From: an uncultured Acidimicrobiia bacterium
Lineage (GTDB): Bacteria; Actinomycetota; Acidimicrobiia; IMCC26256; JAENVU01
Length of the DNA stretch: 64,000 nt
NCBI GenBank assembly: GCA_963801105.1
Contig: CAWDDH010000003.1
Coordinates: forward strand, 984,785 to 1,048,784
Direction of reading: 5' to 3'
Shown here piece by piece: positions 28,551 to 38,824 of this stretch (positions are counted from its first letter, which is position 1; each line of letters begins with the position of its first letter). The position numbers were made by a program, and so were the translations under genes. The notes under the pieces are model-generated. The model made no database searches. It had not been told where the DNA came from and saw nothing but the letters and a program-made list of their open reading frames with translations.

Positions 28551-29423
28551 ATGGAGTGGGTACAGACGACCGGCCGGTCCGTCGAGGAGGCGCTCGACGC
28601 CGCCCTCGACGAGCTCGGGGTGCACGAGGAGGACGTCGAGTACGAAGTCCTCGAAGAGGCGAAGGCCGGATTCCTCGGTCGCTTCGGCGGTAGTGAGGCA
28701 CGAATCCGGGTCCGGCTCAAGCCGATCTCGCGGGAGAAGCCCAACGACCGCCGGCGCGGCCGCAGTGGCAAGGGCGGCGGCGGGGGTCGCGGCGGCCCCG
28801 GCCGCGGCGGAGGAAGCCGCGGCGGGGGCACCACCAAGGGAGGCGGGAGCCGGGGCAGCCGCCGGGGCGGCCGCCAGGGAGAGGACGGCAACCGCCGTCC
28901 GAAGTCGACCAGTGCTCCGAAGCAGGAGCGAAACGAAGGGCCACCACCAGTGGACGAGAACAGTGTGTCGGTTGAGGAGCAGGCCGAGGCCGCGGAGGAC
29001 TTCGTCGCGGGACTTGTCGGGGCGATGGGGTTCGAGGGCGACGTGACCTCGACCACCGGCGACGACCTCGTCGAGGTCCAGGTCGAGGGATCGGAGCTGG
29101 GTCTGCTCGTGGGCCCGAAGGCCGCGACCCTGAGTGCCATCGAGGAGCTGACCCGTGCAGTGGTCCAGCGTGAGGCCGGCGGCCACGCCGCCCGCATCCG
29201 GGTCGACGTCGCGGGCTACCGGGCCAAGCGCCGCGCCGCCCTGGAGGAGTTCACCCGCAAGGTCGTGGACGAGGTCGTGAGCACCGGCGAGGAGCGGGCG
29301 ATGGAGCCCATGGGCTCCATCGACCGGAAGACCGTCCACGACACGGTCAACGAGATCGACGGCGTCGAGACGTCGTCGGAGGGCGAGGACCCGCGGCGCT
29401 ACGTGGTGATCCGCCCCTCGTGA
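28551..29423 (+). CDS. jag: RNA-binding protein Jag/KhpB (Jag_N, KH, R3H)
   Basis: GRSVEEAL, DVAGYR, DRKTVHD, SEGEDPRRYVVI. Confidence 0.92.
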   Translation: MEWVQTTGRSVEEALDAALDELGVHEEDVEYEVLEEAKAGFLGRFGGSEARIRVRLKPISREKPNDRRRGRSGKGGGGGRGGPGRGGGSRGGGTTKGGGSRGSRRGGRQGEDGNRRPKSTSAPKQERNEGPPPVDENSVSVEEQAEAAEDFVAGLVGAMGFEGDVTSTTGDDLVEVQVEGSELGLLVGPKAATLSAIEELTRAVVQREAGGHAARIRVDVAGYRAKRRAALEEFTRKVVDEVVSTGEERAMEPMGSIDRKTVHDTVNEIDGVETSSEGEDPRRYVVIRPS

Positions 29424-30025
29424 TCTCGGACGCGCTGCGAGCCGTCCTCGAGGACGCGCAGCGTGTCGGACTGCTCGGACCGGGCCCGGTCGCCCATCAC
29501 GTCGGGCACGCCGAGGCCTGGGCCGAAGCGGTCACGCCCGGACGCTTCCTGGACCTGGGGAGCGGGGCGGGGATCCCCGGTCTGGTCCTGGCGCTGGCCT
29601 GGCCGGCTGTTCACGGTGCCCTGCTCGACGGACAGACCCGCCGAACCGCCTGGCTCCGAACCGCGATTGCTCGGTTGGATCTGGCCGACCGGATCTCGGT
29701 GGTCGGGGGCAGGGCCGAGGACCTGGGCCACGACCCCGTGCTCCGCGAGCAGTTCGACGTCGTCGTCGCCCGTGGTTTCGGCTCCCCACCCGCCACCGCG
29801 GAATGCGGTGCGGCCTTCGCCGCTGTCGGCGGAATCCTGACGGTCAGCGAGCCCCCGGACTCCCCGGATCGGTGGCCGGCCGACGCCCTGGCCAGGTTGG
29901 GCTTGGGAAACCCTCGCCAAGTCGTGCACGGCGGCGCGACGTTCGTTATCCTCACCAAGGACTCGGCGCTCGCTGGAGACTTTCCGCGTCGCCGGAACGT
30001 TCCCGTACGGAATCCGCTCTGGTAG
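29420..30025 (+). CDS. rsmG: 16S rRNA m7G527 methyltransferase
   Basis: LDLGSGAGIPG, GRAEDL, FDVVVAR, FPRR. Confidence 0.9.
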   Translation: MISDALRAVLEDAQRVGLLGPGPVAHHVGHAEAWAEAVTPGRFLDLGSGAGIPGLVLALAWPAVHGALLDGQTRRTAWLRTAIARLDLADRISVVGGRAEDLGHDPVLREQFDVVVARGFGSPPATAECGAAFAAVGGILTVSEPPDSPDRWPADALARLGLGNPRQVVHGGATFVILTKDSALAGDFPRRRNVPVRNPLW

Positions 30026-30039
30026 CACCGCCCCTGCAC

Positions 30040-30053
30040 GTTTCACGTGAAAC
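30040..30053. other. parS centromere site 1
   Basis: Perfect GTTTCACGTGAAAC. Confidence 0.93.
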
Positions 30054-30075
30054 ATCAGCCGGCGGAGCCCAGAGG

Positions 30076-30089
30076 GTTTCACGTGAAAC
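30076..30089. other. parS centromere site 2
   Basis: Perfect GTTTCACGTGAAAC, 36 bp from site 1. Confidence 0.93.
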
Positions 30090-30120
30090 GTCGCTCGGCG
30101 TACCCGAGCAGGAGGGGCGA

Positions 30121-31461
30121 ATGGATCCCGTCGACCCCAGACGTCGCGGCCGCCGACTGTTCGGCTCGCGACGGCGGTCACAGGCCGCTGCGGAGGCAGA
30201 GATGGAAGAGCACACGGCCCCGGTCGTCGAGGCGGAGGAGGTTTCGATGCCCGTGGATCCCGACCGGACGATGGGCGGGACCGTCGAGCCCGACGCCGTC
30301 CGGGAGGCCGAGGCCGTGGCGGACGAGGCGAGCGCCGCTGTCGTCGACGCGACGACGCCGACCGAATCGGCGTCCACACAGCCGGACGAGGAAGCCGCCA
30401 CGACCGGCGCACCGGAGACCGTCGAGACACCCGGTCCCGAGCGAGGTGGTTCGGTCGACGGCGATCCCGCGGTCGAGGTCGCCGAAGGCGATGGCGCCGG
30501 AGCGGATGCTGCCGGGGACGAGATCGAAGTCGAGGGTTCAGCCACCGGCGTGATCCCCGAGCCGGAGGCGGGCGCCGATGCGGCGGGCGAAGAGGACGCC
30601 ACGACCGCCGCCGAGCCGTCGGTCGGAACCGAGGAATCAGCGGAGGCGGGGGACGAGGACGGGGACGAGGTGATCCCCTACGACCTTCCGAGGATCCTTG
30701 CGATCGCGAACCAGAAGGGCGGTGTCGGCAAGACGACCACCTCGGTGAACCTCGGGGCCTCGCTCGCCGAGATGGGCTACCGGGTGCTCGTGGTCGACCT
30801 CGATCCTCAGGGCAACGCGAGCACCGGACTCGGGGTCAACGCCCGGGAGCTCGCGGGTTCGGTCTACGACGTCATCATGAGCGACGCTCCCGTCGAGGAC
30901 TGCGTCGAGCCCACCTCGCTCAAGAACCTCTTCGTCGTGCCGGCCACCATTGATCTGGCGGGGGCCGAGATCGAGCTCGTTCCCGCGTTCAGCCGCGAGC
31001 TGAAGCTCCGACGCGCGCTCCACGAGGTGCGCGACGACTACGACTATGTGGTGATCGACTGCCCGCCCTCGCTCGGGCTCCTCACGGTGAACGGACTTGC
31101 CGCGGCCGACGACGTGGTCGTCCCGATCCAGTGCGAGTACTACGCGCTCGAGGGTCTCAGCCAGCTGATCCGCAACGTCACGCTCGTGCAGAAGAACCTC
31201 AATCCTTCGCTCGAGGTCCGGGGCATCGTGCTCACGATGTACGACGCCCGGACCAAGCTGGCCGACCAGGTCGAGCAGGAGGTCCGCAAACACTTCGGCC
31301 GCACGGTGTATCAAACGGTGATCCCACGAACGGTGCGCCTGTCCGAGGCACCGTCGTTCGGACAACCGATCATCCTGTTCGATCCCACCTCCCGCGGCGC
31401 CGTGGCGTACCGGGAGCTGGCGAAGGAGGTGAGCAGTGGCGCGACGCGGCGGACTGGGTAA
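30121..31461 (+). CDS. parA: Chromosome partitioning ATPase ParA with long acidic N-terminal extension
   Basis: NQKGGVGKTTT, DLDPQGNAS, IDCPPSLG, EAPSFG; AGGAGG before ATG 30121. Confidence 0.93.
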   Translation: MDPVDPRRRGRRLFGSRRRSQAAAEAEMEEHTAPVVEAEEVSMPVDPDRTMGGTVEPDAVREAEAVADEASAAVVDATTPTESASTQPDEEAATTGAPETVETPGPERGGSVDGDPAVEVAEGDGAGADAAGDEIEVEGSATGVIPEPEAGADAAGEEDATTAAEPSVGTEESAEAGDEDGDEVIPYDLPRILAIANQKGGVGKTTTSVNLGASLAEMGYRVLVVDLDPQGNASTGLGVNARELAGSVYDVIMSDAPVEDCVEPTSLKNLFVVPATIDLAGAEIELVPAFSRELKLRRALHEVRDDYDYVVIDCPPSLGLLTVNGLAAADDVVVPIQCEYYALEGLSQLIRNVTLVQKNLNPSLEVRGIVLTMYDARTKLADQVEQEVRKHFGRTVYQTVIPRTVRLSEAPSFGQPIILFDPTSRGAVAYRELAKEVSSGATRRTG

Positions 31462-32296
31462 GGGTCTGGGAGCGCTGATCCCGAGCGGCCCGGGCATGGA
31501 GGCCGAGGGCGGGCTGCGGGAGATCGAGGTGGCCTCGATCCGCCCGAACCAGTATCAGCCGCGCGAGCGGTTCGATGAGGAGCTCCTCAACGAGCTCACC
31601 GAATCGATGCGCGAGGTCGGCATGCTCCAGCCGGTCTTGGTCCGGCCCATGGGCGACGAGTTCGAGCTGATCGCCGGTGAGCGCCGATGGCGGGCGGCGC
31701 GCCGGCTCGGGTTGAACCGGATCCCGGCGCTCGTGCGCGAGAGCGACGACGCCGCCGCGCTCGAGCAGGCGCTCGTCGAGAACCTGCACCGCTCCGATCT
31801 GAACGCGCTGGAGGAGGCGGCCGCCTACCAGCAGCTGATCGAGGACTTCTCCCTGACCCACGAGGCGGTCGCGACCCGGGTCGGCAGGAGCCGGACCGCG
31901 GTGACCAACACCCTCCGACTGCTCCAGCTGCCGCCGGCGGTCCAGAAGCTCGTGCGGGACGAGGCGCTGTCGATGGGACACGCCCGGGCACTGCTGTCGA
32001 CGCCCGATCGAGCGCTCCAGGAGCGCCTGGCCGCGACCGCGGTCAAGGAGGGGTGGTCGGTGCGCGCCGTCGAGGAAGCGGTGAAGGGCCCGAGTGCACC
32101 CAAGGGCGCGACCGTCGACGCGGGCCGGGCGACGAGCCCGTTGCGGCCACCGGGTCTGACCGAGCTCGAAGGGCTCCTCGGCGACCACCTCGACACGCGG
32201 GTCTCGATCGGAATGGGTCCGAAGCGGGGGAAGGTGACGATCGAGTTCTCCGACCTCGCCGACCTCGAGCGGATCTACAAGACGATCGTCGGCTGA
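31436..32296 (+). CDS. parB: Chromosome partitioning CTPase ParB
   Basis: GLGKGLGALI, QPR, AGERRWRA, ENLHRSDL. Confidence 0.96.
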   Translation: MARRGGLGKGLGALIPSGPGMEAEGGLREIEVASIRPNQYQPRERFDEELLNELTESMREVGMLQPVLVRPMGDEFELIAGERRWRAARRLGLNRIPALVRESDDAAALEQALVENLHRSDLNALEEAAAYQQLIEDFSLTHEAVATRVGRSRTAVTNTLRLLQLPPAVQKLVRDEALSMGHARALLSTPDRALQERLAATAVKEGWSVRAVEEAVKGPSAPKGATVDAGRATSPLRPPGLTELEGLLGDHLDTRVSIGMGPKRGKVTIEFSDLADLERIYKTIVG

Positions 32297-32299
32297 GCC

Positions 32300-33322
32300 T
32301 CAGGCCTCGCCCGGCTCGCCGGTCCGCGGCTCCTCGAAGGCCCGGCGGATCCCACGCCCGATCGCGGCGCCGATCTCGGCGGAGTGTGTGAGCAGCTCCG
32401 CGAGGTGTGCCGGGTCGTCGCCGCCGAGCGCCGCCACGACCGCGGCCATGCGAGTCTCGCGCAGGATGCGGTACGCCCGGCCGATGATCGGCTCCTCTGC
32501 CGCGGGTGCCGCACGTCCGAGCTCGTCACCGATCACCCGGGCGGTATGGCACCCCCGCTCGGAGCGGAAATCGCCGGACTCGAAGTAGAGCAGTTGCCAG
32601 CCGGGGCGCTCTCCGGGGCGCAGCGCGACGATGAGGTCGGCGCCCCAGCGATTCGCCCGCTCGGCCAACGCGTCGTCGGCGGCGCCGGAGAGATCCTGCA
32701 TCACCTGGGCCTGGCCCTGCTCGAGCCGCTGGCGCAGCGGCGCGCCGATCTGGTCGAACCCGGGTGCGACCGCGAGGTACACCCGGCGGCCGGCCAGTGA
32801 CGCGGGGCGGCGCAGCTCGTCACGCTCGCGGACCCGTGCGACCGAGCCGTCGGCCATCCGCTCGACCCGACGCAACGCGTCGAGCGTGGCGGGTCCGGCC
32901 ACGCCGTCGACGCTGAGTCCGGCGTTGCGCTGGTAGTCGCGCAGTGCTCCGGCGGTGTCGGGGCCGAGGATGCCGTCCTCGCGCCCCGCGTCGAACCCGA
33001 GGCGGTTGAGGGTTCGCTGCAACGTCGAGACGTCGTCGCCGCGCAAGTTCGGAGACCGGAGGTAGAGCAGGCGGTCTCCGAGATCGAACCCGCTCTCGAC
33101 GAGGGTGCCCCAGGTCTCCGGGCCGACGATGCCGTCGACGCGGATGGATCGGCGCGTCTGGAACTCACGGACCGCGGCCTCGGTCTGCGCGCCGAAGCGC
33201 GCGGACTCCTCGGGCGCGACGGCGAGACCGGCCCCGACGAGGCGATGTTGGAGGTCGCGGACGGCATCGCCGTGGTCGCCGCGGCGCAGGACCACGACGG
33301 GGCCCGCCCCCGCACGTCTCAC
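32300..33322 (-). CDS. CwlM-like protein: two peptidoglycan-binding domains plus degenerate amidase
   Basis: AVREFQ..VDGIVGPETW, LGDRLLYL..LRGDDV; position after trxA. Confidence 0.8.
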   Translation of the reverse strand: MRRAGAGPVVVLRRGDHGDAVRDLQHRLVGAGLAVAPEESARFGAQTEAAVREFQTRRSIRVDGIVGPETWGTLVESGFDLGDRLLYLRSPNLRGDDVSTLQRTLNRLGFDAGREDGILGPDTAGALRDYQRNAGLSVDGVAGPATLDALRRVERMADGSVARVRERDELRRPASLAGRRVYLAVAPGFDQIGAPLRQRLEQGQAQVMQDLSGAADDALAERANRWGADLIVALRPGERPGWQLLYFESGDFRSERGCHTARVIGDELGRAAPAAEEPIIGRAYRILRETRMAAVVAALGGDDPAHLAELLTHSAEIGAAIGRGIRRAFEEPRTGEPGEA

Positions 33323-33330
33323 CGTGGCGA

Positions 33331-33660
33331 TCAGCCGATGAACTCGGACAGGTCCTGGAGGAGCTGTCCCTTGCCCTTCGCACCCACGAGGCGCTTGACC
33401 GGCTCGCCGCCCTGGAAGACGAGCAGCGTCGGGATGCTCATCACGTCGAAGCGACGTGCGACGTCGGGGTTGTCGTCGACGTTGAGCTTCGCCACCTTCA
33501 GCCGGCCGCTCTGCTCATTGGCAATTTCTTCCAGTGCCGGCGCGATCATCTTGCACGGTCCGCACCATTCGGCCCAGAAGTCGACCACGATCGGCACCTC
33601 CGAGCCGCCGACGCTCTCGTCGAAGGTCGCATCGGAGAGCGTGAGCACGTTCTCGGCCAT
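33331..33660 (-). CDS. trxA: Thioredoxin
   Basis: DFWAEWCGPC, SIPTL. Confidence 0.97.
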   Translation of the reverse strand: MAENVLTLSDATFDESVGGSEVPIVVDFWAEWCGPCKMIAPALEEIANEQSGRLKVAKLNVDDNPDVARRFDVMSIPTLLVFQGGEPVKRLVGAKGKGQLLQDLSEFIG

Positions 33661-33749
33661 GGTCGCCGTCCTTTCGGGGAATGGGTGCGCAGGATTGTAA
33701 GTGAGGGATGCAACCGGAGCCGTGAGGGGTGCATTCCCCCGCGCGCGAC

Positions 33750-34679
33750 TCAGGAATGCACGGCGGCGAGGTAGCGCTCGGTCTCGATCGCGGCCATGCA
33801 GCCGCTGCCGGCCGCGGTGATCGCCTGGCGGTAGGTGTGGTCCTGGACGTCGCCACACGCGAACACGCCGCTGACCGACGTCCGGGTCGAGTCCGGCGCC
33901 GTCACGATGTAGCCGTCCTCGTCGAGGGTCAGCGAGTCCCGGAACAGAGCCGTGTTCGGATCGTGCCCGATCGCCACGAACATGCCGCTGGCGCCGAGCT
34001 CGGACTCCTCGCCGGTGATCGTGTCGCGCAGGCGCACACCGGTGAGCTTGGCCTCGCCGAGCGCGTCGACGACCTCGGTGTTCCAGCGGAACTCGATCTT
34101 GTCGTTCGCGAACGCGCGGTCCTGCATGATCTTCGACGCGCGCAGCTCGTGCCGGCGATGGACGAGGGTGACCTTGCTCGCGAACTTGGTGAGGAACGTC
34201 GCCTCCTCGACGGCGCTGTCGCCGCCGCCGACGACCACGATCTCCTGGTCCCGGAAGAAGAAGCCGTCGCAGGTCGCGCAGGTGGAGACACCGTGGCCGA
34301 GCAGGCGCCCCTCGTTCTCCATACCGAGCATGCGTGCCGTGGCACCGGTCGACACGATGACCGCGTCGGCACTCAGCTCGAGATCCCCCACGGTCACGCC
34401 GAAGGGATGCGCGTCGAGCCGCACGCGGTCGGCGTCGGCGGTGATGAAGCGGGCCCCGAAGCGCTCGGCCTGCTCGCGGAAGCGGGTCATCAGGTCGGGA
34501 CCCATGATCCCGTCCGGAAAACCGGGGTAATTCTCGACCTCGGTCGTCAGCATGAGCTGACCGCCGGCAGCGAGACCCTCGACGATGACGGGCTCGAGGT
34601 CGGCGCGCGCGGTGTAGAGCGCAGCAGTCAGACCGGCGGGACCGGATCCGACGATGACGACCTCATGATGTTCGGGCAC
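33750..34679 (-). CDS. trxB: Thioredoxin reductase
   Basis: [33 protein letters not shown]. Confidence 0.97.
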   Translation of the reverse strand: MPEHHEVVIVGSGPAGLTAALYTARADLEPVIVEGLAAGGQLMLTTEVENYPGFPDGIMGPDLMTRFREQAERFGARFITADADRVRLDAHPFGVTVGDLELSADAVIVSTGATARMLGMENEGRLLGHGVSTCATCDGFFFRDQEIVVVGGGDSAVEEATFLTKFASKVTLVHRRHELRASKIMQDRAFANDKIEFRWNTEVVDALGEAKLTGVRLRDTITGEESELGASGMFVAIGHDPNTALFRDSLTLDEDGYIVTAPDSTRTSVSGVFACGDVQDHTYRQAITAAGSGCMAAIETERYLAAVHS

Positions 34680-34953
34680 GGGTACCTCCGGTGCGGCGGG
34701 TCCAGCAGAACACCCCGGCGAGGATGAAGATTCCGCCGAGGATCATCCAGGCGGCCCACACCGGCACCGCGAGGGTGAGCACGCGGAAGAGCGCCACCGC
34801 GGCGAGCAGCAACGCGGTGAAGACACAGCACGCGGCCAGGGTGCCGAAGACGACGGCGTTCGCGGCGCGCTGAGCCGGCTCCACCGTGCGGTCGCGGACG
34901 GCCACCACGGTCTTCTCGATGGTGTCCGCGGTTTGCGTCGTCCAGTCGGTCAT
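34663..34953 (-). CDS. Small membrane protein
   Basis: 96 aa with two hydrophobic segments, GGGAGG RBS, overlaps the trxB start. Confidence 0.7.
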   Translation of the reverse strand: MTDWTTQTADTIEKTVVAVRDRTVEPAQRAANAVVFGTLAACCVFTALLLAAVALFRVLTLAVPVWAAWMILGGIFILAGVFCWTRRTGGTRARTS

Positions 34954-35011
34954 CGTGTCCCTCCCACTCGGCGGCGGAGGTTACCCGCACCGGGCGCGCG
35001 ATCACGAGGGG

Positions 35012-35770
35012 TCAGCCGGTCGACGACGCGGAGTAGAGCACCGTGGTGCAGTCCGACGCGGCCACGACGAACACGATCGTGCGGTCGCCGTTGGCGATCC
35101 CGACGATGACAGCCGGTGTCCCGCCGAAGCTGCCCGCCGCGGTGAACCGTACGGTGCCGGACGCCCGATAGTGGTTCCGACACGCCGTGACCTGATCCGC
35201 GGTGGCGGCCGGTCCGCTCGCGCCGGAGGCGTCGGATCCCTGCACGGCCTCCGATCGGAGGGTCGAACCGGGGGCGGACGGGACCGGGGTGCTCCCGGCC
35301 GGGCCGCCGATCAGGTCGTTGACCGTCGACTGGTCGAGCACGCCGAGGTCGCCGAGGTCGCCGCTCGGGATCTTCCGGGCGGTGGCGGACTCCCCGCCCT
35401 TCGCCCCGGTGTCCTCGCCGGACCGGGTGGCGAGGAAGATCCCACCACCCACCAGAATCACTGCCGCGGCGGCCGCCGCGGCCAGTCGGGTGGTCCAGCG
35501 CGGGGCCGACCGGGCGGGCGGGCCGGCACCGGCAGCGCCCGCGGCATCGAGGAGTCGGCGCCGGCTCAGGTCGTCGAGGGGCTCGAGCGGGCTCTGGAGG
35601 GCGGTTCGGACCGCGACAAGCTGTTCGCGGCGTTCGCGGGCCTTCGATCCGGCGAGTGACCGCCGGATCTCGTCCTCGTCCCGGCCGGCGTCGGCCGCGA
35701 AGGCGGCGAGGTCGCCGTCGAGGTCCGCGCTGATCGCGGCGTCGAGATCGAGATCGGGGTGGTCAGACAT
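35012..35770 (-). CDS. Putative anti-sigma factor (RsmA-like)
   Basis: ISADLDGDL N-terminus, single TM AAAAAAVILVGGG; overlaps the ECF sigma stop. Confidence 0.65.
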   Translation of the reverse strand: MSDHPDLDLDAAISADLDGDLAAFAADAGRDEDEIRRSLAGSKARERREQLVAVRTALQSPLEPLDDLSRRRLLDAAGAAGAGPPARSAPRWTTRLAAAAAAAVILVGGGIFLATRSGEDTGAKGGESATARKIPSGDLGDLGVLDQSTVNDLIGGPAGSTPVPSAPGSTLRSEAVQGSDASGASGPAATADQVTACRNHYRASGTVRFTAAGSFGGTPAVIVGIANGDRTIVFVVAASDCTTVLYSASSTG

Positions 35771-36354
35771 GGTCGAGGCCTTGGACGTCGGTGGCAGGGG
35801 CGCGGTTCCCGAGTGTGCCCGCGAGCGCGGCGCGACCGCGGGCGATTCGGGACCGGACCGTGCCGATGGGGATGTCGAGGGTGGCGGCGATCTCGGCGTA
35901 GTCGAGGTCCGCGACGTCCCGGAGCACGACGGCGACGCGGAAATCCTCCGGGAGGCGCGCGAGGGCGTCGTCCAGCGCCACGCGGTCCACCGCGCGCTCG
36001 GGGTCCCCGGACGCGCCGGCCACCGGCGTCGCGCCCGGCAGCAGGTCGGTCGTGTCCACCGGGTCCGGACGGCGCTGCCGGCGGCGGAGCTCGTCGAGCG
36101 CCGCATTGGTCGCGACGCGATGGAGCCACGTCGTGAACGCAGAGCGACCGTCGAAGCGGTCGACGGAACGGGTGATCGCGATCAGCGCGTTCTGGGTCGC
36201 GTCGAGCGCGTCGTCGGGGCCGCAGAGCCCGCGGCACACCGTGTGCAGGCGGTCGAGATGGCGCGTCGAGCAGGGCATCGAGCGCGCCGCGGTCACCACC
36301 GCTCGCGGCGCGGCAGAGCGCGAGGTCGTCGCGGTCGTCAGCGCGGAACGCCAC
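35763..36354 (-). CDS. ECF sigma factor, SigM-like (frameshift near 36266)
   Basis: DATQNAL, FDGRSAFTTWLHRVATNAALDELRR, GTVRSRIARGR; N-terminus in another frame. Confidence 0.85.
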
Positions 36355-37873
36355 GGACCGAGACCTCGGCGATCCGCCCGATGAACCGCGGCTGGCCGTC
36401 GTTGCCGGGTGTCGGGCTCAGGGGCAGCTTGGTGAGCCAGACGAGCACGGATGCGCCGGTGGGCCGGCCGTCCAGGGTGATCCGGCTCGTGCGCCCGAGA
36501 TCCGTCGCGGTGGCGGCCGGCTTGCCCCACCCGGCGAGCGTCGGCGCGGCGGTGTCCGCGACGTAGATCTCGACGTCGAGTCCGGCGTCGGGGCTCGCGA
36601 GCTGGACCGCGCGCACCTCGGCCGGGCTGGCGAGTGTGAGGACCAGCCCCACCCCGGGCTTTCCGCCGACATCGGCCTGCTTGTAGCTCTCGGTGTCCCA
36701 GAAGGTCGCCCGGTCACCGTCGATCGCCCGCCCCACGACGGCGTCGTGCTCGCCGTCGCCCCCGATCGGGTCGAACGCGGCGGCGCCGGTGATGCCGATC
36801 CGCTGGGTGTCACTGGTGGCGGGTGGAGCAGTGGACCCGGTCCCGGCCGAGTCGGTGACGAGGACGTAGCCGGCGTAGCCGGCCCCGAAGCCGAGGACGA
36901 GGGCAAGGATCCACACCGCGATCCGGGCGCCGACACCCATGCCGTCGTCGATGATGATCGGCGATGCGGCGGTCGGTGTCGGGGTCCTCGGTCGCGGCGG
37001 CATCGCGACCGGCATCGTCGCGTCGGCGGTGCGGTCGGGCGCGGCGACACGAAACGGGGCGAGCGCGTCCCGCATCGTGGCGGCGTTCGGCCAGCGGTCG
37101 TCCGGGTTGCGCTCGAGCGCTCGGTCGATCACGTGCGCGAGCCCTGGCGCGAGGTCGGGGCGGACCGAGTGCACTCGAGGTGGCGGGTTGGTGAGGCGCG
37201 CCACGGCGGTCGCGAGCTCGGTGTCGGCGCCGAACGGCGAGTGACCGACGACCATCTCGTACATCACGAGCCCGAGCGAGTACACGTCCGCGCGTTCGTC
37301 GACGAGCTGTCCCTCGAGCTGCTCGGGCGCGAGGTAGCGAGCGGTGCCCATGACGTTGCCCGCGCGTGAGCTCGTCGTTCGTCTGGTCGGCCGCCTTGGC
37401 GATGCCGAAGTCGGTGACCTTCACGCGCCCGTCGAGCTGGACGAGCACGTTGCTCGGCTTCACGTCCCGGTGTACGAGCCCGCGCCCGTGCGCGGCCGAC
37501 AGCGCGTCGGCCACCTGAGCCCCGATGTCGGCGGCGCGTGCGGGGGCAGCGCGCCGTGGAGGTCGATCGCCTGGCGCAGCGTGGCGCCCTCGACGAGCTC
37601 CATCACGATGTAGGCGATGCCGTCGTCCTCACCGGTGTCGTAGGTGGCGACGATGTTGGGATGCGCGACCGCGGCCGCGGCGACGGCCTCGCGCCGGAAG
37701 CGGACCCGCACCGCCTCGTCCTCGGCGAGCGTGGGATCGAGCGTCTTGATCGCGACGGCACGGGCGAGGAGCGGGTCCTCCCCGCGCCAGACCGTGGCCA
37801 TGCCACCGCGGGCGATCTCCTGATCGATCCGGTAGCGACCGCCGAGAACGCGCCCGGGCGCCAGAGATCGCAC
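36338..37873 (-). CDS. Membrane Ser/Thr protein kinase (frameshifts near 37540 and 37360)
   Basis: Across three frames: [37 protein letters not shown], extracellular DGDRATFW domain. Confidence 0.85.
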
Positions 37874-37926
37874 GCCACGAACCTAGTGGTCGGCGCCGGC
37901 CGAAACGCGGCGTTGGTGGCGGCGCG

Positions 37927-38767
37927 TCAGCCGCCGTCGACCCAGCCGAGCCCGATCGTGCGGGGCCCCGCGTGGGTGCCGATGACCGGTCCGATCTCGC
38001 CGACCTCGATCTTGTCCCGGGGCACGACGTTCGAGACGCGCTCGAGGAACTCCTCGACGTCGGGGGCCTGGGCGTGGAACACGTAGACCGCGTCCGGTTC
38101 GTGCGCGGAGCCCAGTTTCTCGACGAGGTGGGCGAGGCTCTTGCTGCGCGTCCGGACCTTGCCCGCCTCGCTCACGACGCCGTCGCGGACCTCGATGACC
38201 GGTTTGATCGAGAGCATGCTGCCGAGCATCGCCTGCGCGTTGCCGATGCGGCCGCCCCGGCGGAGGTGCTCGAGGGTGTCGAGGGCGCCGAAGAGCCGGG
38301 TCCGACCCGCGACCGCCTCGACCTCGGCGGCGATGGTGTCGAGGTCGGCACCCGCCTCGGCGAGGTTGCAGGCGGCGATGCACTGGTTGCCGAGGCCCAT
38401 CGAGACGGTGAGCGAGTCGATCACCCGGACCGGCAGGTCACCCTCGAGCGACTTCGCGGCGACCTGGGCGGACTGCATCGTGCCTGACAGGCGCGAGGAG
38501 AGGTTGATGCAGACGACGCCGTCGGCCCCGGCGTCGCGCGATCGCCCGGAAGCGCTCCTCGAAGGCGCCCGGCGACGGCGCCGCGGTCTCGGGCAGCACG
38601 GGTGAGGTGGCCACCTTGCGCCAGAACTCCTCATTGGAGAGCTCGACCCGGTCGACGTACTCCTCGTCGCCGAAGCGGATCGTGAGCGGGACGATCTCGA
38701 TGCCGAGGGCGTCGGCCCGGGCCTGGGGGAGGTCACACGAACTGTCCGTCACGATTCGAACGACCAC
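37927..38767 (-). CDS. DegV/FakB fatty-acid-binding protein (frameshift near 38538)
   Basis: IVTDSSCDLP, SSRLSGT, LRRGGRIG, IGTHAGP. Confidence 0.88.
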
Positions 38768-38824
38768 GGGACCTCCTCGGAAGGCGACGACGCGGGTCAT
38801 GAGACCCTGCCGATCGCCCCATGG

